Source: an uncultured archaeon (GTDB taxonomy: Archaea > Asgardarchaeota > Lokiarchaeia > Sigyniarchaeales > SOKP01). Taken from it: 22,198 nucleotides of DNA. The notes beneath the pieces were generated by a model that saw only the letters and a list, made by a program, of their open reading frames with translations, did not search any database and had not been told where the DNA came from. Made by a program: the position numbers and the translations under genes. Shown here in pieces: positions 15,935 through 22,198 of the stretch (position 1 is its first letter; each line of letters begins with the position of its first letter). The DNA is taken from assembly GCA_964525635.1 (NCBI GenBank), contig CAZGJX010000074.1, positions 1-22,198 on the forward strand. Direction: 5' to 3'.

Positions 15935-17626
15935 TTACTTTTTTTTCTTCCCTTTTTTGAGTTCAGCTATAGATTTTTCTGCTAAATTCAGAGCTTGGCT
16001 TCTATCTTGTTTTATTTTTTCAATTTCACTTTCTAAATCCCTTACATACCCTTCCAAACGTTCAATTGTTTGATTTGCTGCCTGATCTACCACAACTTCG
16101 GCTTCTCCAGAATCTACTCTTTCTTTAAGTGCTTTATATTTCTCTTGCCATACTTGTACATCTGTTTGTAATTCTTTTATTCTTTCTTCAATAGGAACAT
16201 CAGCAGATATAACTCCCTTATCAGATTCTAAATTCTGACATCTATCCTTTAGATTCAATACTTCACTCTCTAATTCTTTTACACGTACCTTTAATTGTGA
16301 AATAATATTTAAATATTCTGTATCTGATTTTGGACCAAGGATCTCTTGAAACATTTCCTTCCCCGCTTCTAATTCTTCTTCTGATTTATTTCCTAAGATT
16401 CTTGATTTTCTCTTTTGTAACTCTTCGACTGTTTGTTCTGGTAAAAAATCAAGAGCATTAAATCCCATCCCTCCATGTTTGGTTATTCTTTTTCTAACCT
16501 TTACAAATAATGGAACTCCACTTGCGGCTTCACCACTTAGGATACATTCACCTTTATCTAATCCATTTATATCTGATTTATTTTCATTACTTAGATCTTC
16601 AGCACTTGAAATAGTTATATTAATATCTCTTATATCTGTAAGATTATGGACTACCCATGTTCCTGCTTGAGCACGAATAGTTGTATCTAAAAGTTGAGGT
16701 CTTTGGGTTCCAATAACAAGATTAGCCCCAAATTTCCGCCCCTCTTGTGAAAATAATTTGACCGTTTCACATGTTTTTGTCTGTTTTTTACCCGCAAATA
16801 AATGAGCTTCATCTAAAAATAGGTAAAAGGGAGGAATCTTTCTTGATGTGCTAGCTGAATATAATTTATCAAGTAGTTTTCCCGCAATTGTTTCTTGAGC
16901 TTCCAGAGGTATACCTCTTAGATTTACTATAGTACATAAGTTTGGAGCAACAATATCCTTTTCAGATAATGAAAACATATATTCTATATCGATGTCTGCT
17001 CCTTTATTAATATTTAAATCAGAAAATTCTATGATTTTATCAATAAATTCACTTTCACCAGCATCTTCATCACCAGAAATTTTTAAACTTCCATATTCTC
17101 CATGTCTGTCCAATATAACTATTGGTATTCCCTTTTTTAGAAGTTCTTCACATAAAACGCCCATAGTATATGATTTACCTGAACCTGATTTTCCTGTTAT
17201 AAATATTCTCCCTAAATCCTTTACTAATAAATTAACATTAAATTCATATCCTAACAGATTACCAAAACTAATTGATGTTTCAGGAGGATGATCTATTCCT
17301 AATAATCCAATTATTTGCTCTTTTGTAGCAAGATATACTTTAGCTCCTATTTCAAAAGGTCTTGGTGGTCTCTCTCCAATTACTCTAATATTTGCTTTCA
17401 TTCCTTGAGGATCATTCCAAATTTCTGTGATTAAAAGTAAGTAATGTCTTCTGTTTCCTTCGTCATCTTTTTCACCATAAATAGATAAAAAATTTGTCCT
17501 TTCTACTTCTTCACTTTCAATAAGTAGTTGAGCTGCATCAATTTGTGTTTTTCCTGTGAGTCTACCTACCCATTTGGCTTCTATATCTAAATCGTCATTT
17601 TCCGACATTTCATTATCTTCTGACAT
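15935..17626 (-). CDS. HerA/FtsK-family ATPase (HAS barrel plus DUF87-type ATPase) with a C-terminal coiled-coil tail
   Basis: HAS-barrel-like VGRLTG...PRPFEIGAKVYLA; Walker A GKSGSGKS; DRHGEY; Walker B LFLDEAH; EGRKFG; TQRP; heptad-rich C-terminal ~130 aa. Confidence 0.9.
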   Translation of the reverse strand: MSEDNEMSENDDLDIEAKWVGRLTGKTQIDAAQLLIESEEVERTNFLSIYGEKDDEGNRRHYLLLITEIWNDPQGMKANIRVIGERPPRPFEIGAKVYLATKEQIIGLLGIDHPPETSISFGNLLGYEFNVNLLVKDLGRIFITGKSGSGKSYTMGVLCEELLKKGIPIVILDRHGEYGSLKISGDEDAGESEFIDKIIEFSDLNINKGADIDIEYMFSLSEKDIVAPNLCTIVNLRGIPLEAQETIAGKLLDKLYSASTSRKIPPFYLFLDEAHLFAGKKQTKTCETVKLFSQEGRKFGANLVIGTQRPQLLDTTIRAQAGTWVVHNLTDIRDINITISSAEDLSNENKSDINGLDKGECILSGEAASGVPLFVKVRKRITKHGGMGFNALDFLPEQTVEELQKRKSRILGNKSEEELEAGKEMFQEILGPKSDTEYLNIISQLKVRVKELESEVLNLKDRCQNLESDKGVISADVPIEERIKELQTDVQVWQEKYKALKERVDSGEAEVVVDQAANQTIERLEGYVRDLESEIEKIKQDRSQALNLAEKSIAELKKGKKKK

Positions 17627-17831
17627 TATTTATCACGCTATCTAAATTCTCTTAAATTAAATAAATATATTTATTAAGATAATAAAAAATTTTGAAATAT
17701 AAATTTATATGCTAATTATATTTATTTAATCAATTATTAATGTTATCTAAAATCCTTTCTCTTCTTTATTAGAAAAATATAATATTCAATAAATTTTGGA
17801 ATAAATAAGTAAATTAACTACTTAAATTAAT

Positions 17832-18761
17832 TTATCGTGATTTATTAAAAATAATACTCTTAGATATCATAGAATATGGATGATAAGATTGTTTTGCTTT
17901 TCTTATCCCTTCTATTCCTAAATCTTGCTCACGATTTATATAATTTACTTCCTTACAACAATTTTTAAGAAACATATTATTTATCGCTTGGTATGAACCT
18001 TTATAATATGTATGTGCTTTTTCAATATGAATTACCCCTGTTTTTTTATTAAGGTTTTCACCAAAAGTATAGCCTACTGGCTTGTTTTCCACTAAAAGAA
18101 TTCCACCTCTAAATTCTAATTGATTATAATTGTTAATCATTCGATTAATTGCTTTTTTTTCTTCTTTTAAATCAATATTTTTTTGACATTCATTTGTAGC
18201 ACACCATTTATTTTGAAGTTCCTTACAAATTTCCAACCATTCTTCTGATATTAAGTGAAATTCATAATCATAATTTGTTAAAAAAGTTTCCAAATGTCTT
18301 CTTTTTGACCGATATTTATTTCCAGAAAGATTAATTAAATTATCTTTATTATAAATATAATCCCAATTATCTCTATCATTTTCAATTTCTATTTTTAATT
18401 TATTATATCTATTATTGTCTTTCAATTTATTTATTAAAACTTCTGGCACTCGATGAATTTCAAGGTTTTTAATCTCTTCAAATAAAGAAATAATAACATC
18501 ATCTGGATTTTCACCTATAGGAGGCAAAAAAAATAATAAATTTTCCAGATGTACTTTTGGGAGCTTCCATTTATTGAGAAAATCTTTTGAAAACACCAAT
18601 AGATGGTTATTCCATTCTAAATATAGAAAATTATAATATTCTTGCCAAGAATATAAATTAGTAAAGGAAAATTCAGAAATTTCTTGTGGAAATTTTTCAA
18701 AATATTTGTTAAAAATTTCTCTATCTGATATATCAATAGTTTTTGCACTTCTTAAATCCAT
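17832..18761 (-). CDS. DUF2156 protein (phosphatidylglycerol aminoacyltransferase C-terminal-like, tRNA-dependent transferase fold), stand-alone
   Basis: SEFSFTNLYSW; DRDNWDYIY...LSGNKYRSKR; IHIEKA; INREQDLGIEGIRKAKQSYHP. Confidence 0.88.
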   Translation of the reverse strand: MDLRSAKTIDISDREIFNKYFEKFPQEISEFSFTNLYSWQEYYNFLYLEWNNHLLVFSKDFLNKWKLPKVHLENLLFFLPPIGENPDDVIISLFEEIKNLEIHRVPEVLINKLKDNNRYNKLKIEIENDRDNWDYIYNKDNLINLSGNKYRSKRRHLETFLTNYDYEFHLISEEWLEICKELQNKWCATNECQKNIDLKEEKKAINRMINNYNQLEFRGGILLVENKPVGYTFGENLNKKTGVIHIEKAHTYYKGSYQAINNMFLKNCCKEVNYINREQDLGIEGIRKAKQSYHPYSMISKSIIFNKSR

Positions 18762-18873
18762 GGTATAAATTAAACCTAAATAATATTAAAGGATTCTTTT
18801 TCAAAATAATATTTCTTTAGTTTTATAGATTTAAAAGAAAAATAAAAAAAAAAGGGATAATTTTACAATAAAC

Positions 18874-19875
18874 TTATAATTTTTTAATGATTAGGTCAAC
18901 TAAACGATTAGAATAACCCCATTCATTATCATACCAGCTTAAAATACTGCATAAATTACCAATTGTATTTGTAAATAACCCACAGAAAATTGAGCTGACT
19001 GGATTACCAATGATATCGCTACTTACGATTGGATCTTCTGTATATTCTAATATCCCCTTCAAAGTGCCTTCAGCAGCATTTTTCATAGCAGCATTTATTT
19101 CTTGTTTGGAAACCTCTTTTTCTAAAACAAATTTACCATCAACAACACTTCCATCTAAAGTTGGTACTCGCATTGCAATACCATCCAACTTTCCATTTAA
19201 ATCTGGAAAAACTTCTCCTATTGCTGAGGCAGCACCTGTAGATGTAGGAATTATATTATGTGCAGCAGCTCTTCCTCTAATCATCTTTATTGGATCTCCA
19301 GCAGTGGCAGTATCAACTGTTTTCTGATTACCTGTCATGGAATGAATTGTTGTTATAATACCTTTATTGATTCCAAAATTATCTCTTAATACTTTTACAA
19401 CTGGGGCTAAACAATTTGTTGTACAAGAAGCATTTGATATAATTTTATGTTTATCAGTTATTTTCTCATCATTACAACCTAGTACGACTGTTATATCAGG
19501 ATTAGTTGCAGGGGCACTAATTAGAACTTTTTTAGCACCCGCTTCTAAATGCTTGGCAGCACCATCTCTTTTTACAAAAAATCCTGTAGATTCTAATGCT
19601 ACATCAATTCCATTTTGGGAATGAGGTAGTTTTGATGGAACTCTCTCTGCTGTTACTTTAATCTCTTTTCCATCAATAATTAAAGCTCCTTCCTTTGCTT
19701 CTATTGTACCTGGAAATCTCCCAAATACAGTATCATATTTCAAAGAATAAGCTAAATATTTTGCATCAAATAAATCATTGATATATTTAATTTCAATGTC
19801 AGGATTTTTCCAAGCTGATCTTAAAAAATTTCTACCAATTCTACCGAAACCATTTATACAAACGGACTTTGCCAT
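18874..19875 (-). CDS. gap: Glyceraldehyde-3-phosphate dehydrogenase, class I (bacterial/eukaryotic type)
   Basis: INGFGRIGR; ESTGFF; catalytic SNASCTTNCLAP; NIIPTSTGAA; RVPT; WYDNEWGYSNR. Confidence 0.97.
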   Translation of the reverse strand: MAKSVCINGFGRIGRNFLRSAWKNPDIEIKYINDLFDAKYLAYSLKYDTVFGRFPGTIEAKEGALIIDGKEIKVTAERVPSKLPHSQNGIDVALESTGFFVKRDGAAKHLEAGAKKVLISAPATNPDITVVLGCNDEKITDKHKIISNASCTTNCLAPVVKVLRDNFGINKGIITTIHSMTGNQKTVDTATAGDPIKMIRGRAAAHNIIPTSTGAASAIGEVFPDLNGKLDGIAMRVPTLDGSVVDGKFVLEKEVSKQEINAAMKNAAEGTLKGILEYTEDPIVSSDIIGNPVSSIFCGLFTNTIGNLCSILSWYDNEWGYSNRLVDLIIKKL

Positions 19876-20060
19876 TTTTCTTCACTCTATTTATTTTTTC
19901 AGTAATTTGATTTGTCATTTTATAATATAAGTTTTGTAATTCATGACTTTTTTTTAAATTTTGGGTAAAAATTCTTATATAATATATGTAAATCTATTTT
20001 AAATTTAGATGATTCATTTTAATAATATATTTTTTTTAAAATAGGAAATAAAAGCTACTT

Positions 20061-20630
20061 ATGGAAAATTTAAAAGATGTATTGGTAGTTATTTCTGGAA
20101 TTCCAAGATCAGGAACTTCACTTCTTATGCAAATGCTACAAGCAGGAGGTGTGGAAATCTTATCAGATCAAAAAAGAAAACCTGATCAAAATAATCCAAA
20201 AGGATATTTAGAACTTGAAGCAGTAAAACGCTTATCGGAAGATAATTCTTGTTTAAAGGGACAAACTGGGAAGGCTGTAAAAGTTATTTCTTATTTACTA
20301 AAATATTTACCTAAAAATCAAAAATATAAAATCATTTTTATTAATCGAAATATGAAAGAAATTCTAAAATCTCAGCAAAAAATGCTTGGAGAAATTGAAG
20401 AGAATTATCCAAAAACTCTAATAAAAGCTTTTCATAAAGAGTTGCATAATATCAAACAATGGGCAGAAAAACAATTGAATATTCAGATCTTAAATTTACA
20501 TTATAAAGATGTTATAAAAAAGCCCGCAGAGCAAATTGATAGAATCATTAAATTTCTTAATATTTCCTTAGATAAACAAGAAATGATTGCGGTTATTGAT
20601 CCTTCCCTATATAGAACTAAATTAGTATAA
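20061..20630 (+). CDS. Sulfotransferase family protein (PAPS-dependent, P-loop fold)
   Basis: 5'-PSB loop VISGIPRSGTSLLMQML; NPKGYLE; FINRN...LKSQ (3'-PB-like); Y.DVI..P..QI. Confidence 0.82.
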   Translation: MENLKDVLVVISGIPRSGTSLLMQMLQAGGVEILSDQKRKPDQNNPKGYLELEAVKRLSEDNSCLKGQTGKAVKVISYLLKYLPKNQKYKIIFINRNMKEILKSQQKMLGEIEENYPKTLIKAFHKELHNIKQWAEKQLNIQILNLHYKDVIKKPAEQIDRIIKFLNISLDKQEMIAVIDPSLYRTKLV

Positions 20631-20709
20631 CTAACTCAACTATTGTATTATAATTGTTTTAAATAGTTCCAAAAAATATAAGTTTAATAATATTGTACCG
20701 AGAATTAAT

Positions 20710-21489
20710 CTAATTCTTTTCTTCATTCTCTGCTTCTTTTTCTTTTGCTAATAACCTCATCATAGCATCAACGAGTTTATTTTGGCTCTTACTAATTATA
20801 CCTTTAATTTTTCCTTCCTTACCAAGTACTCGTAGCATAATAGCATTCCATACAGATCCAGGTTCCCCTTTTACTTGCATAAATCGATCTCGAAATACTT
20901 TTACACTAATATTATCATATTTTTCAGCAGCTTCAGAACATTTAAAACATAAAATACAAAGTTTTTTGTCAATTTCAATATCTTTATTTTTCTTCGAAAG
21001 AGCTCCAGTAGCGCATTCTTCTGTAAATTTTTGAATTATTGAATCGTCTTTTTCAGTACAAGTAATAGTAATGCTTCCATCTACTATTTTTCTAACTTTA
21101 TTTCCATTCTTTAATTCATGGATTTCCTCTTTGAATTCAGGAATCGATCCATTCTCAATTAATAATAATTTATTTTCCCCATTAATCAATAGTTCCAATG
21201 CGAATCCAGGACATATAATTGAACATAATCCACAATGAATACATTTCTCGACATCTACCACTATTTTCTTACTGGATTCTATATTCATCTGTTTCGGTGT
21301 GCCAATTGCGGTTTTTTTGTATGCTTCATCATAAATACTAAAAGTGATTGGACAAACACGATGACAAAAACCACATTCTACACATTTATTTTCTTCATAT
21401 TTCAAAACCATCTCATGATTTAACATTTTGTGTACGTAATGCGTTATGTTTTCATCAATTTCTATTGCTTTTTTAGCTGGAAGAGACAT
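20710..21489 (-). CDS. Polyferredoxin / 4Fe-4S dicluster protein, FwdF-like N-terminus
   Basis: CVECGFCHRVCP and CIHCGLCSIICP, plus EECATGAL and CILCFKC. Confidence 0.88.
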   Translation of the reverse strand: MSLPAKKAIEIDENITHYVHKMLNHEMVLKYEENKCVECGFCHRVCPITFSIYDEAYKKTAIGTPKQMNIESSKKIVVDVEKCIHCGLCSIICPGFALELLINGENKLLLIENGSIPEFKEEIHELKNGNKVRKIVDGSITITCTEKDDSIIQKFTEECATGALSKKNKDIEIDKKLCILCFKCSEAAEKYDNISVKVFRDRFMQVKGEPGSVWNAIMLRVLGKEGKIKGIISKSQNKLVDAMMRLLAKEKEAENEEKN

Positions 21490-21740
21490 ATATATAAAAT
21501 TTTATTTTTATGTATTTTAATACCTCAAAAAATATAAGTTATTGTTAAATTCATCTATGAATTTTAGATATGATTATTCATGTATATTTAATAAATAAGA
21601 TCTTAAAATAATAGTTATTCATCATGAATTAAGAAAAAAATCAAAGTTTATTTATACTGTGTACATTATTTAATACTTGGTTTTATTATTTTAACAAAAA
21701 GGTCAATAAATACTACCAGAATTACCAATAAATATATATT

Positions 21741-21746
21741 AGGTGA
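21741..21746 (+). promoter_or_regulatory. Archaeal-type RBS AGGTGA supporting the TTG start at 21753
   Basis: Motif 6 nt upstream of the start codon. Confidence 0.55.
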
Positions 21747-21752
21747 TCAATA

Positions 21753-22118
21753 TTGAATGAAATAAAAAAAGAAACAAATAATATGACGGATTCCTATTCA
21801 AAAAAATGTATAATTTTTGCAATAATATCTATAATTTGTTCTGGTATCGCTGGTGGAATTAGTGGGTTTTGGTTAGGCCTAAATATTCCTGGCGTATTAA
21901 CGTCATTAGGAATTGTGTTGCCAATAACAGCAATAATAATTAATTTAATAGGTATAATGTTTGGAGTTATCTCACAAGTGTTTAAGAGTCTAGCTAAGAA
22001 AAATGAGCCAAAAAATACTAAAACCAAGGTTGGAGGTATTATTGGTTTAGTAGCAATGTTTTCTAATTTAGCAGTAATGGTAGAAACAATTATAGCTATT
22101 GTTATTTATGGTGGTTAG
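21753..22118 (+). CDS. Small membrane protein with about 3 TM helices, unknown function (alternative ATG at 21783)
   Basis: Three Gly/Ile-rich hydrophobic segments, a basic loop KSLAKKNEPKNTKTK, and an RBS upstream. Confidence 0.75.
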   Translation: MNEIKKETNNMTDSYSKKCIIFAIISIICSGIAGGISGFWLGLNIPGVLTSLGIVLPITAIIINLIGIMFGVISQVFKSLAKKNEPKNTKTKVGGIIGLVAMFSNLAVMVETIIAIVIYGG

Positions 22119-22198
22119 ATTCATCAAATAAAAATAAATTAAGAATTCTCTACTTTTTGTTTTTTCTGTATTTTTCTTATTTTTCTAAAACCTGAAAT

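Noticed and set aside
14957-17626. HerA plus CPBP/Abi protease as an anti-phage defence pair
   Set aside because: There is no nuclease or Sir2 effector and no defence-island context, the genes are 129 bp apart, and CPBP proteases are common. Adjacency alone is not enough.
16479-22027. Short ORFs 16479-16670, 16992-17291, 19010-19327, 19367-19624, 21235-21423 and 21794-22027
   Set aside because: All lie antisense within the HerA, GAPDH, polyferredoxin or membrane-protein genes, as expected from codon bias.
1-22198. tRNA, rRNA, CRISPR arrays, transposases, integrases
   Set aside because: I saw no GC-rich structured RNA, repeat-spacer array or recombinase motifs. A tRNAscan/Infernal run would be needed to exclude small RNAs.

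Overview
Very AT-rich, gene-dense prokaryotic DNA with 18 credible protein-coding genes. I saw no rRNA, tRNA, CRISPR array or mobile element. The gene content suggests an Asgard archaeon, probably Lokiarchaeia-like; this is an inference from a geranylgeranyl reductase, an FwdF-like polyferredoxin, a TrmB-family protein, HerA, a longin-like protein, GGTGA/GAGG ribosome-binding sites and several beta-oxidation genes. Metabolic genes: 3-hydroxyacyl-CoA dehydrogenase, enoyl-CoA hydratase, an acyl-CoA dehydrogenase-etfB-etfA operon, bacterial-type (class I) GAPDH, an MBL hydrolase, GGR, a sulfotransferase, a DUF2156 aminoacyl-transferase domain and a CPBP protease. The most unusual region is 3.2-8.9 kb. 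A membrane-anchored surface protein there ends in the only TGA stop among the 18 genes, followed in frame by 38 more coding-like codons. It sits head-to-head, across a T20 tract, with a two-gene operon. The operon encodes a putative longin + tandem winged-helix protein (NPRL2/GATOR1-like layout) and a 752-aa TrmB-family protein with a Zn-binding N-terminus and a ~290-aa coiled-coil insert. A stand-alone compact HerA ATPase with a segmented coiled-coil tail is also notable. All domain calls come from reading motifs by eye; no searches were run.
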